A stretch of 63,676 nt of DNA, filler included, from Octopus bimaculoides (GCF_001194135.2; 7 parts of 7 records of this genome joined end to end with filler, not necessarily neighbours in it); one strand, 5' to 3'. Numbered from the whole stretch's first letter, positions 47,651-60,291 are shown. Notes: generated by a model not told the origin, from the letters alone. Made by a program: numbers and translations.

Positions 47651-49593
47651 ACTTACTCTTAATTAATCTTACTTCTAATTACTTACTTACTTTTGATTAA
47701 TCCATAGCTGGGATCCTGACAGCTGATACTACTCCGCCCCAGAGTAAATCTTGGAATAACAGTGGATAAGAGACNNNNNNNNNNNNNNNNNNNNNNNNNN
47801 NNNNNNNNNNNNNNNNNNNNNNNNNNNNNNNNNNNNNNNNNNNNNNNNNNNNNNNNNNNNNNNNNNNNNNNNNNNNNNNNNNNNNNNNNNNNNNNNNNNN
47901 NNNNNNNNNNNNNNNNNNNNNNNNNNNNNNNNNNNNNNNNNNNNNNNNNNNNNNNNNNNNNNNNNNNNNNNNNNNNNNNNNNNNNNNNNNNNNNNNNNNN
48001 NNNNNNNNNNNNNNNNNNNNNNNNNNNNNNNNNNNNNNNNNNNNNNNNNNNNNNNNNNNNNNNNNNNNNNNNNNNNNNNNNNNNNNNNNNNNNNNNNNNN
48101 NNNNNNNNNNNNNNNNNNNNNNNNNNNNNNNNNNNNNNNNNNNNNNNNNNNNNNNNNNNNNNNNNNNNNNNNNNNNNNNNNNNNNNNNNNNNNNNNNNNN
48201 NNNNNNNNNNNNNNNNNNNNNNNNNNNNNNNNNNNNNNNNNNNNNNNNNNNNNNNNNNNNNNNNNNNNNNNNNNNNNNNNNNNNNNNNNNNNNNNNNNNN
48301 NNNNNNNNNNNNNNNNNNNNNNNNNNNNNNNNNNNNNNNNNNNNNNNNNNNNNNNNNNNNNNNNNNNNNNNNNNNNNNNNNNNNNNNNNNNNNNNNNNNN
48401 NNNNNNNNNNNNNNNNNNNNNNNNNNNNNNNNNNNNNNNNNNNNNNNNNNNNNNNNNNNNNNNNNNNNNNNNNNNNNNNNNNNNNNNNNNNNNNNNNNNN
48501 NNNNNNNNNNNNNNNNNNNNNNNNNNNNNNNNNNNNNNNNNNNNNNNNNNNNNNNNNNNNNNNNNNNNNNNNNNNNNNNNNNNNNNNNNNNNNNNNNNNN
48601 NNNNNNNNNNNNNNNNNNNNNNNNNNNNNNNNNNNNNNNNNNNNNNNNNNNNNNNNNNNNNNNNNNNNNNNNNNNNNNNNNNNNNNNNCCGAACTGCGGA
48701 CCGGCGCCGATCTGACGGGTGTCAGTCGGTGTGTAATATCGGTGTAGACTAGTACGACATGTTTGCACATCAAGCAGTGGGAGACAGAGAGAGAGTGTGG
48801 GAGACACAGAGAGAGTGTGGGAGACACAGAGAGAGTGTGAGAGACACAGAGAGAGTGTGGGAGAGAGAATGAAAGAGACAGACAGAGAGAGAGAGAGAGA
48901 GAGACCAAGAGAGAGGAAGGGAGAGGTAGAAAAGATATGTAGCAAGTGAGAAACAAAGAACGACAAAGATGAAGACAAAGAATGACCGTGATGGAAAGAG
49001 AGGGAAGAAAGAGAGGATGAGGAGAAGGAAGAAAGAACAAGAGGGCGGGAAGCTGGCAGAACTGTTAGCCCGCCGGACTAAATACTTACCGACATTTCGT
49101 CCGGCTTTACGCTCTGAGTTCAAATGCCGCCGGGGTCTACTTTGCTTTTCATCCGTTCGAGATTGACAAAATAAGTACCAGTTGAGTAATGGGTCGATAT
49201 TATTGGCTTACCCGTTTATCCGCGCATCCTACCCTGGTGCCAAACCTGAAGCCAATATATTAATGTACAATTTATAGGTCAGAATCTATACCCATCTATA
49301 CTCTTTTAATAGCGTGTGTGAGAGTGCGTGTGTCATTTCTTAACTACCCACAAGGGGCTACACACAGAGGGGACAAATAAAGAAAGACAAACGGATTAAG
49401 TCGATTATATCGACATCAGTGCGTAACTGGTACTTAGTTAATCGACCCCGAAAGGATGAAATGCAAAGTCGACCTCGGAGGAATTTGAACTCAGAGTTTG
49501 AACGTAGCGGCAGTCGAAATACCGCAAAGCATTTCGCCCGGCGTGATAACGTTTCTGCCAGCTCGCCGCCGTGTGTGTTGCAGTCAGTTGTAG

Positions 49594-49634
<41 letters not shown>

Positions 49635-50032
49635 NNNNNNNNNNNNNNNNNNNNNNNGGAGTGAAGACAGTTTCCGACCGATCGCATTTTCAGTAGCTTC
49701 TTGCTTGCGACGAGCAAGAAGAATTATTTGCGCGCCGGACAAAATGCTTAGCGGCATTTATTCCAGCTCTTTTACTCTTTTACTTGTTTCAGTCATTTGA
49801 CTGCGGCCATGCAGTGGGAATGAAACCGGAACCATGTGATTGGTAAGCAAGCTACTTACCACACAGCCACTCCTACGCCTGTTTACGTTTTGAATTCAAA
49901 TCCCACCGAGGTCAACTTTGGCTATCACCAATTAGGAGGCGATGAAAATATATACCAGTCAAATACTGGGAGCAATGTAACTGACACTATATCCCCTCCC
50001 CTTGAATTTACTCACCTTGAATCCTACAACAG

Positions 50033-50093
50033 ACCGACGTCTCGTTCAAGGATAATTTTGTGACCAGAGTTACTTATACGCCATGGAAATCGG
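50033..50093 (+). CDS. Candidate internal exon (phase 0->1), possibly part of the FN3-VWC gene
   Basis: CTCAC...CCTACAACAG acceptor, GTAACC donor; only one open frame, TDVSFKDNFVTRVTYTPWKS(G). The phase does not join directly to exon 52580. Confidence 0.3.
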
Positions 50094-50638
50094 GTAACCG
50101 GTGTTATAAGTCCTTAGACGCAAGAGAAAAAATATTCCACAGTAGGAGTAAAAGACGAAGTAGTTGAGTCATTTGAACGTCCGATGCTGTTTGCTCCGAC
50201 TCCCTACGTTCTGATTTCAAATCCCGCTAACATGAACTTGTACCTTCATTCTTTTGCGGTCTGTAGATTAAGGATCTTCAGCTGATGTTCTGTTTGGACA
50301 ATTTAATTCGTTTCTCGTTTTCTTTAATTCATTTTTGCATGGAAAAACTCATGTCTTTTATAAGATAACTACTGTATTGATGTCAAACAAATGCACAAGA
50401 CAACAAATGGTTGTTGTAGGTGGAGGAAAAGTTAATAACATTGACCTGAAATGAAAGAAAGTTAAACCCAGTTGTAAGACAGTTGAAATCGTTGTGGGTG
50501 GAATTTGAATAGAGGAACATAAAAGGAACACACCTAAATAGCGTAAAACATTCTATCAACACACCGCCCTCAATTATAGTAGTTACGCCAACTATAATAG
50601 CAAAACGAACCGCTGTATATTCAGAACGTTATAAAATA

Positions 50639-51880
50639 TAGGGTGCGTAAAGTATTTGAGGAAACGGACAATAATTCCTTTTTACTGAAAGGGGGGTTTG
50701 GGGATAAGAGTAAACATATTGTTTCGTCATTTTCTTCAATAAAGTCTCCTTCAGCTTTAATAACAGCTTCTATGCGAGTTCTGAATCGCCTACATGGAAC
50801 ACAGACCACAGATCAAGTGGTCTGTGTTCATATTGGACATTACTCTGACTATGGAGGCTTTTGGGGATTCTTTGGTGAGATCTGGGGTGCTCATTAACCT
50901 CTTTCTCAACTACGCTCCATACATAGTAGTCCAATGGATTGAGATCTGGGGAGCTAGGAGGTCAAATGTTGCGGGTTATGCGGTCATGGAAATTTTCCGC
51001 TATCCATTCCTGCGTTGCTGTAGCCTTGTGTGATGGTGTTAAGTCTTGTTGAAACACAAAAGGTCTTCCGTTGCGTACATTATCGATCCATGGCTTAATC
51101 TCTGTATTCAGAACATCTATATAAGCAGCGGAGTTTTCTCAAAGACCTTGTGGAAAGAAGTGAGGAGGCATCACATGTCCTTCATTGCTGACAACCCCCA
51201 AAACTATAACAGTTGCAGGAAATTTTGTATGCTTTACCCTTGGAACTTCCGAAGGGTCTGTACATAGCCATCTGCCATTTCTTCTGTTTACTTTCTGATC
51301 TTGATCAAAGTTTTTCTCGTCTGAGAAGAACTGAATGACATCTTTCTCTGCTGGGTTTTTAAGTTTTTTCATGAGTCTTTTAAATCTGATTAAGCGATTT
51401 TCCTTCACTATTTCTGACATGAAATGACATTTTTTCATCGTACAAGATTTGTATCTGATGTCTGTAGACAACATTTCAGATTGTTGATTCTGACTAATGG
51501 TGTTCTTTTGCAATCAACCTCATGAATCTACTGGGATTGTCATCAATGATCTACTTTACTTGTTGAATAAATTCTGGCGTTCTAATATTATCAGTGCGTC
51601 TACAATGTTTCTTACATTTTGATACTGGCGATACATTTCCGCCTTTAGCCTCTAACTCCTTGCGAATTTTGTAGACGAAGGATCTAACGACTTTTAAAAA
51701 TCGTACTATTTCTAAATTGCTATGTTCAGCCTTTATAGCTACGATGACTGTGTACCTCTTCATTTCGTGTGTAATCATAGGGTCTGCCATTGATAATTCT
51801 GAAATATAGAAAATATTAAGTTGATTAATATGCTGCTGTAGTAAAATTAACATATATCCTCAAATACCTAACGCACCCTG
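50639..51880 (-). mobile_element. Full-length decayed Tc1/mariner element, DD37D (maT) family
   Basis: 24-bp TIRs (21/24 match, core AGGGTGCGT..GTATTTGAGGA) with TA on both flanks. Transposase relic FFSDEKNF...FQQD-(37 aa)-SPDLNPLDYYVW carries in-frame stops and frameshifts. Confidence 0.93.
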
Positions 51881-51892
51881 TATATAGGGAGA

Positions 51893-52260
51893 GGCGTGCA
51901 GCGAGCTGGCAGAATCGTTAGCACGCTGGGCGAAATGCTTAGCGGTATTTCGTCTGTCTTTACGTTCTGAGTTCAAATTCCGCCGAGGTCGACTTTGCCT
52001 TTCATCCTTTTGGGGTCGATAAGTTAAGTACCAGTTGCGTACTGAGATTGATCTAATCGATTGGCCCCTTCCCTCGAAATTTCGGGCCTTGTGCCTAAAG
52101 TAGAAAAGAATATTACAAGGCGGCGGGATGGCAGAAACGTTAGCACGCCGGACGAAATGCCTAGCGGTATTTCGTAAGTCTTTACGTTCTGAATTCAAAT
52201 TCTGCCGAAGTCAACTTTGCCTTTCATCCTTTCGGGGTCGATAAGTTAAGTTGCGTACTG
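51893..52260 (+). mobile_element. Head-to-tail pair of family B SINEs
   Basis: The second head (AAGGCGGCGGGATGGCAGAAACG) starts right after the first tail (GTAGAAAAGAATATT); both retain CpGs. Confidence 0.85.
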
Positions 52261-52422
52261 NNNNNNNNNNNNNNNNNNNNNNNNNNNNNNNNNNNNNNNN
52301 NNNNNNNNNNNNNNNNNNNNNNNNNNNNNNNNNNNNNNNNNNNNNNNNNNNNNNNNNNNNNNNNNNNNNNNNNNNNNNNNNNNNNNNNNNNNNNNNNNNN
52401 NNNNNNNNNNNNNNNNNNNNNN

Positions 52423-52465
<43 letters not shown>

Positions 52466-52579
52466 TGCAGACATACAGACAGACAAAGAGACAAGCAGAT
52501 GAATGCCTCTTATTGTTTTATTGACGATATACATGTTAAGTGCATGCATTTTTATATATGCATTTATTATATTATTCAG

Positions 52580-52715
52580 TGCGGACCAGAACCTGAAGCT
52601 GTGGTCCACGGTTTGAAAGTTAATCAAGGTTACTTCTTCCGTGTCACCGTTTGGAAAGATCCTGTAAACCAGTTGTATGGCAACATCACTGAAGCTGTTT
52701 ATGCAAAAACTAAAG
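52580..52715 (+). CDS. FN3-VWC protein exon: C-terminal half of a fibronectin type III domain (phase 0->1)
   Basis: TATTCAG/GTACCA boundaries; CGPEPEAVVHGLKVNQGYFFRVTVWKDPVNQLYGNITEAVYAKTK has the FN3 GL.....Y.FRV pattern. Confidence 0.8.
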
Positions 52716-54674
52716 GTACCAACCTTTCATCGATCATTTTTTAATATAATAGATTCGTTATATGCAGACCATTAAAGCTGTATCTTTTTTGCAGACCCAA
52801 AACCTCATTGCTGTCCTTAAATTTTAAACTTAAGCCTTAAACCTTAGATCCGATCTTAAACCTAAGTTCCGGCATTATTAATAATATTAATCCGCAAATC
52901 CTTAATTCTCAACCGTAAAATACTAAAATCTCAATCCAAACCTAACTTCACTTAAAGATTAAATACTCTTATAGCTTTACCATTTTTACAGTAAATGCAA
53001 AACTCTAAACAAGATCCTTAACCCTCAGTACTCTGCTCCAGTGTCTTAGGACCAGTAAGGCAGCGAGCTGGTCAAATTGTTAGCACGCCGGACAAAATGC
53101 TTAGCGGTATTTTATCCGTCATTATGTTCTGAGTTCAAATTCTGCCGATTTTGCCTTTTGTCCTTTCGGAATCGATAAAATAAGTAGCAGTTAAACATTG
53201 GGGGATATCGATGTAATCGATGTGCTCCCATCCCTGAAATTGCTGGCTTTGTGCCAATATTTGAAACCAATAATTTAGTACCAGCTTGCATAAGAATCTT
53301 AAAGGGTTCATCTGTGTGAAGAACACAAAGTCTAAACATTTTGACTATTCTTAAAATCTAAACTTGAAACTGAACCCTAAGCACTATCTTTAATCTGATC
53401 TCACATCCAGAAGCTAGCATCAAGAGTAGTACTAACCTCTAACCCAAACTTCTATACAGTAACACGAAAACCTCAACCCAAACTTTTGACCTAAATCTTT
53501 CTAACTCTTCTAAATCTAAATTCAGACCCTAAATTCTAACTGTGCCACCCTTATTATAAAGGCAAAGCTCTTAACGTATCCTTGACCCTTAATAATTTGC
53601 TCCAAATTAGAAGATAGTTTAGTGCCAAGCTGCATAAGAATCTTCGGAGATTCATGAGAACGGAGAAAAATAATTTACCTCTACTTTTACTAAAATACAG
53701 GGATGTATCATATATGTTTGACGAAAGGGAAAAGCAGTAGTCTTTAACCTTTACAGACCCTTCCAAGTTCGTGAAAGAATGAAGAAGGTGTCCTCCAGCC
53801 GGAGACTTAGTCCGAATGACAGCAACAGAGCGGACCCGATGCCGTCAAAATTACTCAATGGACTAAGTGGTGTGAATCCCTTCCGTTTTCTTACAGAAGA
53901 TTTTTCAATTTTCAACTGATCGTTTTCAAATTTTCCACATTGATGATGACGGAAATCACATTAAAAAATTAGAAGTTAGAAGTATTTAAAGTTACGTAAT
54001 TTTAGCCAATGAAACGAGTTCAGTGTCTTCACAGTCTTCATTTCCGCTAGGAGGAAATTCATTGGCTAAAAATACGTAAATCTAAATGGTTTTCACTTCT
54101 TTATAATCTCGAGAAAATGAATACTATTTTTATCATCAGCAGCAAAACGACATCAGAAGTATATTTTTAGAAAATTTTCAGAATAAAATTTGAGAAAATA
54201 TGAGTGGTAGGAAGAAAACGAAAAAGATCCAGTGGTGGTTTTGAACTGGACGAAGGATTGAACCTCCCTCCCACTTTAGATGTCTGCGACCGGGAATTGA
54301 AATCAGAATGCGAAGAATGGTGAAACGCATACTGAAAGACATCCTGCCTGACCCTATAATATTTTCTCCAGTATACCACTCTCGACTTGTGCTTTATTCA
54401 TCGACCGTAGAAAATTGACCGACGAAGTTAACATTGACAAGATTCGAACTCAGGAAACTGGAATAAATGTCGTAAGATATTTTGTTCAACACAAAGGTTT
54501 TATAAAACTGTCAGCGAGCGACGGTAAATTTTCAATGCGGGCGATTGATTGTCTCCACCTGTTTTAAATCGTTACACAAGATGTCAGTAATGCCTTTATT
54601 TTCAGTGATGCATTTATAAGTTGTTTAAAAATATATTAAAGTAACGAATGCCTACGTTTATATTTTCTCAACAG

Positions 54675-54896
54675 CTGGTTGTATTTTCCAAGGCAAAACA
54701 TACCAAGTTGGTCAATTGTATGAAGTAAATTGTGAAGATATATGTAAGTGTATGTCAGACGGTAAATTCGCATGTGAACCGGTTTGTCCAGAAGAACGCC
54801 ACAATCCGAAAATAAACAACCCTCTGTTCAAATGTACGAGGGAACTGATTGGTCAGTCAGAGTGTTGCTACGCAACAGTTTGTGAACCTATAGACA
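54675..54896 (+). CDS. FN3-VWC protein exon: von Willebrand factor type C domain (phase 1->1)
   Basis: CTCAACAG/GTTAAG boundaries; GCIFQGKTYQVGQLYEVNCEDICKCMSDGKFACEPVCP...KCTRELIGQSECCYATVCEP has all 10 VWC cysteines. Confidence 0.88.
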
Positions 54897-55270
54897 GTTA
54901 AGTTTATTTAGTTTTGTTTTATTGATTGTTTGTATTTATTTGTAGATTTTTTTTATTTTCTTTTGTTGTCTATTTTTTGAAAAAGTTTCTGAGACACTTC
55001 GCTTCTTTATTTGGTTTGCTTTTTATTTCTTATGAGGAAAGAAAGAGAGAGGTTATCGTACGCGCGTGCGCATGTGCGTGTGCATATATAAGATTGCGTG
55101 CATGCGCACATATATGTATAAAAGCATGAAAGCATACGTGTATATATGTGTGTGTGTTTGTGTCTGTAAGTGTGAGGATGTATGTATATGTGTACTGATA
55201 GAAAGAAAAACAAACAAACAAACAAACAAATAGATAGATAGATAGATAGATATATAGATAGATAGATAAG

Positions 55271-55302
<32 letters not shown>

Positions 55303-55580
55303 CTGATAGATATATAGAGAGATAGAGGTGCATGCGTTTGTATGTGTGTGTCTGTATATGCGTTTGTACGTATGTGAGTGCATGTGCATCTCTCTACTAC
55401 TCTCTCTTTCTCCCCCTCTCTATCTCCCTTTCTCTCTATCTCCCCCTCTCTCTATCTCCCCCTCTCTCTATCTCCCTTTCTCTCTATCTCCCCCTCTCTC
55501 TATCTCCCCCCTCTCTGTCTTTCTATGTATTTATCTATCTGTCTGTGTGTCTTTCTATCTATCTGCCTGTTCTTGCGAAG

Positions 55581-55681
55581 ATGGCGAATTGATCATTCAT
55601 AACGGTGAAACGCCAGTTCAGAGAGACCAGACCGAATCTGAAGAAGCCCTATTTTTCAAAACGAATACATCAGTGCTATGA
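55581..55681 (+). CDS. FN3-VWC protein probable terminal coding exon
   Basis: CTGTTCTTGCGAAG acceptor, phase matches the VWC exon; NGELIIHNGETPVQRDQTESEEALFFKTNTSVL-stop. Confidence 0.6.
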
Positions 55682-56750
55682 AAACTCTAAAATGTAAATT
55701 TAAGCCAAATGTTAAAAACGGCACAAGCCTAAGACTTAGGTCTGCAATGAATCCAAGGACACATAAGGCCGAAGCTTGTCGTATAAGGCAACGAGATTAC
55801 AACTTCCGCCTTCCTTTTCAACAAACACCAGCCACTCGTAGGGTCAACTACTCAGCAATCGCTGGAACCCAATGACAGCTGAGTGGGCTGGTGCAATGTG
55901 AAATGAAGTGTTTTGTTCGAGAATACAACGCATTGCGCCCGGTCTGGGACTCAAACCGACGTTCTTCCTTTTCTACTCTAGGCACAAGACACGAAATTTG
56001 GGGGGAGGGGAGACCAGTCGATTAGATCGACCCCAGTACGCAACTGGTACTTAATTTATCGACCCTGAAAGGATGAAAGGCAAAGTCGACCTCGGTGGAA
56101 TTTGAACTCAGAACGTAAAGACAGATGAAATACCACTAAGCATTTCACCCGGCGTCCTAACGTTTCTTATTTCTTTATTGCCCACAAGGGGTTAAACATA
56201 GAGGGGACAAACAAGGACANNNNNNNNNNNNNNNNNNNNNNNNNNNNNNNNNNNNNNNNNNNNNNNNNNNNNNNNNNNNNNNNNNNNNNNNNNNNNNNNN
56301 NNNNNNNNNNNNNNNNNNNNNNNNNNNNNNNNNNNNNNNNNNNNNNNNNNNNNNNNNNNNNNNNNNNNNNNNNNNNNNNNNNNNNNNNNNNNNNNNNNNN
56401 NNNNNNNNNNNNNNNNNNNNNNNNNNNNNNNNNNNNNNNNNNNNNNNNNNNNNNNNNNNNNNNNNNNNNNNNNNNNNNNNNNNNNNNNNNNNNNNNNNNN
56501 NNNNNNNNNNNNNNNNNNNNNNNNNNNNNNNNNNNNNNNNNNNNNNNNNNNNNNNNNNNNNNNNNNNNNNNNNNNNNNNNNNNNNNNNNNNNNNNNNNNN
56601 NNNNNNNNNNNNNNNNNNNNNNNNNNNNNNNNNNNNNNNNNNNNNNNNNNNNNNNNNNNNNNNNNNNNNNNNNNNNNNNNNNNNNNNNNNNNNNNNNNNN
56701 NNNNNNNNNNNNNNNNNNNNNNNNNNNNNNNNNNNNNNNNNNNNNNNNNN

Positions 56751-57020
56751 CCTTGTGACTAGAGTAGAAAAGAATATTTAATATCCAATTTCCGCCGAGG
56801 TCGACTTTGCCTTTCATCTTTTCGAGGTCGATAAATTAAGTACCAGTTGCGTACTGGGATCCATCTAATCGATTGTCCCCCCTCCCCAAAAATTTCGGGC
56901 CTTGTGACTAGAGTAGAAAAGAATATTTAATATCGAATTTCCGCCGAGGTCGACTTTGCCTTTCATCCCTTTGGGGTTGAGAAATTAAATACTAGTTGCA
57001 TCCTGGGGTCGATCTAATCG
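56751..57020 (+). repeat. Tandem repeat (149-bp period) of headless family B SINE body
   Basis: CCTTGTGACTAGAGTAGAAAAGAATATTTAATATC...TTTCCGCCGAGGTCGAC occurs at 56751 and 56900; preceded by an N gap. Confidence 0.8.
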
Positions 57021-59653
57021 TTTTAGATGAGTAAAGAGCTCCGTGTATTCTTGTGGCAGAGTCCGAAGTTATATTTCATCACCATTCTATATTGTAAATC
57101 CATGGTTGCGCTTCAGTCAACCTGATTTTTACACCGAGTGATGTACAAGACCATGTAATAATAACCGTCATTTGGCTTACAGATGTTTCCAGTAGTCATT
57201 ATAAGTTCCAGAAATTGCTCTGACGAAAGTAGCATTAATTTTTTTGAGGTCGTTCAACTTTTGTCAACTGATCAATAGCCCACTTGAGAAGCCTATCAGT
57301 AACGAACGTATAATCGCTACTGGAAACAGCTGTAAGCCAAATTTACTCCAATAAAGGAAAAATATGCAATAGACATTATTTATAGCTTGACTTATATATA
57401 TACGGAAACAGAAAGAACCCCTTCGTATATATATGTATACACATNNNNNNNNNNNNNNNNNNNNNNNNNNNNNNNNNNNNNNNNNNNNNNNNNNNNNNNN
57501 NNNNNNNNNNNNNNNNNNNNNNNNNNNNNNNNNNNNNNNNNNNNNNNNNNNNNNNNNNNNNNNNNNNNNNNNNNNNNNNNNNNNNNNNNNNNNNNNNNNN
57601 NNNNNNNNNNNNNNNNNNNNNNNNNNNNNNNNNNNNNNNNNNNNNNNNNNNNNNNNNNNNNNNNNNNNNNNNNNNNNNNNNNNNNNNNNNNNNNNNNNNN
57701 NNNNNNNNNNNNNNNNNNNNNNNNNNNNNNNNNNNNNNNNNNNNNNNNNNNNNNNNNNNNNNNNNNNNNNNNNNNNNNNNNNNNNNNNNNNNNNNNNNNN
57801 NNNNNNNNNNNNNNNNNNNNNNNNNNNNNNNNNNNNNNNNNNNNNNNNNNNNNNNNNNNNNNNNNNNNNNNNNNNNNNNNNNNNNNNNNNNNNNNNNNNN
57901 NNNNNNNNNNNNNNNNNNNNNNNNNNNNNNNNNNNNNNNNNNNNNNNNNNNNNNNNNNNNNNNNNNNNNNNNNNNNNNNNNNNNNNNNNNNNNNNNNNNN
58001 NNNNNNNNNNNNNNNNNNNNNNNNNNNNNATGAATATATATTTATAGTCAACAACTTTTGAAAAGGTTGCAAGAGCAACGAAAATTTTAGAAAAATAAGG
58101 AAATGAGTGGAAATTTTACCGGTGCGTGTGTCAAATGATAAGGCACTAAAAGAGAATGACTCTCCCCAGACACAACAGAATATGCTTCAACACACGAACT
58201 CACATAAACAATCTTTGAAACCAAATCCCAAAACAAGATATATATATAGAGAGAGAGAGAGAGGGGGGAGAGAAAGAGAGAGAGAGGGAGAGAGAGATTA
58301 GTATGTAAATATGTTTGTATGTACACTGAAGTACGTGTGTGTGTGTATGTATGTGTGTGCGTGTGTGTGTGTGTATTCCTGGTTCGATCTGACATTTTCT
58401 AAATCTTCGGTTCGGCTCGACGCATTCCTTGTTATTGAAACTAAATATAGACGCCCGTACCTGGATTGTATCTAGAACTTTAAAAGGTACAGCTTTGTCA
58501 CACTGCGTTACGCAGATTAATTGACGATTACGTGAAGGGTACAATAGTCAGTGGAATACTCAACCACTAACACGTTAATTCAGGAGCAGGTAAATCACTT
58601 AATCGAACATCTGACATCTTCGAATGACAGAGATTCACCACCACCACCACCACCACCGTAAGGATATTAAAAATAAGCTTATTTGTAAGGGACGCAACTT
58701 CTATAGCTTTCCCCAAGAACTCTGATTATTTCCCTTACAATGCATTAACTAATCTTTTTTGTCGCACAACGAACAAGTACTAAAAATAGTTTCAGATTTT
58801 GGCACAAAGCCAGCAATTTCGGGGGAAGCGGGTAAGTCGAAAGGATAAAAGGCAAAGACGACCTCGGCGGAATTTGAACTCGAAAAGTAAAAGCAGACGA
58901 AATACTGCTAAGCATTTCGCCCGGCATGCTATTGATTCTTACAGCTCGCTATCTTAACAAGAACTAATATTAAAGAACATAAATTAACAAAAATGTATAA
59001 AAATAAATATGTCCCGTTCTACCATAACACCTTTGTGAAAATTTCATCAGTTTCTCTGTAAAGTAAAGAGCTTCTTTGTGTGCCTATGTCTACTTGTCTG
59101 GTCTCACAACCAAAGAATTCGCATCAGTTTCCAAGCAATTAGAATCACGTATGCTGTTTCAGATAAACTGTTTATATATATATATATATATATAAATCAT
59201 TATCCGTCAGAAATCATTTGTAGCCATGTATGCTTTTCTTTCTTATCAACTAATGATCGGAGAGTAATTACGTTACAGATCACACATCAGATAAGTGAAC
59301 TCATTACATGCAAGAAAATATTTCTTCGCTTCCTCTGAATCGACTTCGGAAATTTAAATCGCATCGTCTACGGGTAAAAACCTCAATCCAACGAACAACG
59401 AAGCGATAGTGATTTCGATTTAGTTAAAGGACTCAACAGAACGATCAATGAACTTCTAGTTCCTTCCCATATCAGTTGATTACCAGGAAAAATAATCACC
59501 AGGCGTGCCGTTGTATCTCTAACAGCTAAACGTTATGTGAAAAATCGCTCGTTCGACCCGTTTATCATAACCCACAATTTATTATTTTTTTTTTAAGCAA
59601 AACATAAAACGCTTTGTTATTGGTATATAAATATAAATAAATGAACATTTTGC

Positions 59654-59700
<47 letters not shown>

Positions 59701-59702
<2 letters not shown>

Positions 59703-60062
59703 GGCGCGTGGCTCAGTGGTTAGAGCATCGAGCTTACGATTNNNNNNNNNNTGTGTGTGAAGGCGCGTGGATCAGTGGTTAGAGCATCGAGCTTACGATT
59801 GTGAGGTTGTGAGTTCGAATCCCGGACCGGGCTGCGTGTTGTGTTCTTGTCGCAACACACTTTATTTCACGTTGCTCCAGTTAACTCAGCTGTAGAAATG
59901 AGTTGCGACGTCACAGGTGCCAAGCTGTGTCAGCCTTTGCCTTTCCTTTGGATAACATCAGTGGTGTGGAGAGGGGAGGCTGGTATTCATGGGCGACTAC
60001 TGGTCTTCCATAAACAACCCTACCCGGACTTGTGCCTCGGAGGATAATTTTCTAGGTGCAAT
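59701..60062 (+). mobile_element. tRNA-derived SINE, family C (CpG-intact copy)
   Basis: A box GGCTCAGTGG and B box GTTCGAATCCC; head duplicated across a 10-N gap. Confidence 0.85.
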
Positions 60063-60182
60063 ATCATATATATATATATATGCCAGAGGAAGCACATAAA
60101 TGCGAAGCAAGGTGGAAAAAATAGTACTCGAATACCAGAGGTAGAGTAATATGCTTTATTAAAAAACATCAAAAATATCACA

Positions 60183-60215
60183 AAAACTGTTACTCGGAGT
60201 TTCACGGACAGTTTT
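60183..60215 (-). ncRNA. Hammerhead ribozyme relic with the CUGANGA core deleted
   Basis: Minus strand AAAACUGU-C-[gap]-CGU-GAAA-CUCCGAG-UA-ACAGUUUU: 8-bp stem I, GAAA, palindromic stem III and GUA triplet. Confidence 0.45.
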
Positions 60216-60240
60216 GTTTAGAATGGAACAAGATAAAGTT

Positions 60241-60291
<51 letters not shown>

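Noticed and set aside
59701-59790. Tandem duplication of a SINE head
   Set aside because: The copies flank a 10-N gap, typical of overlapping contig ends left unmerged.
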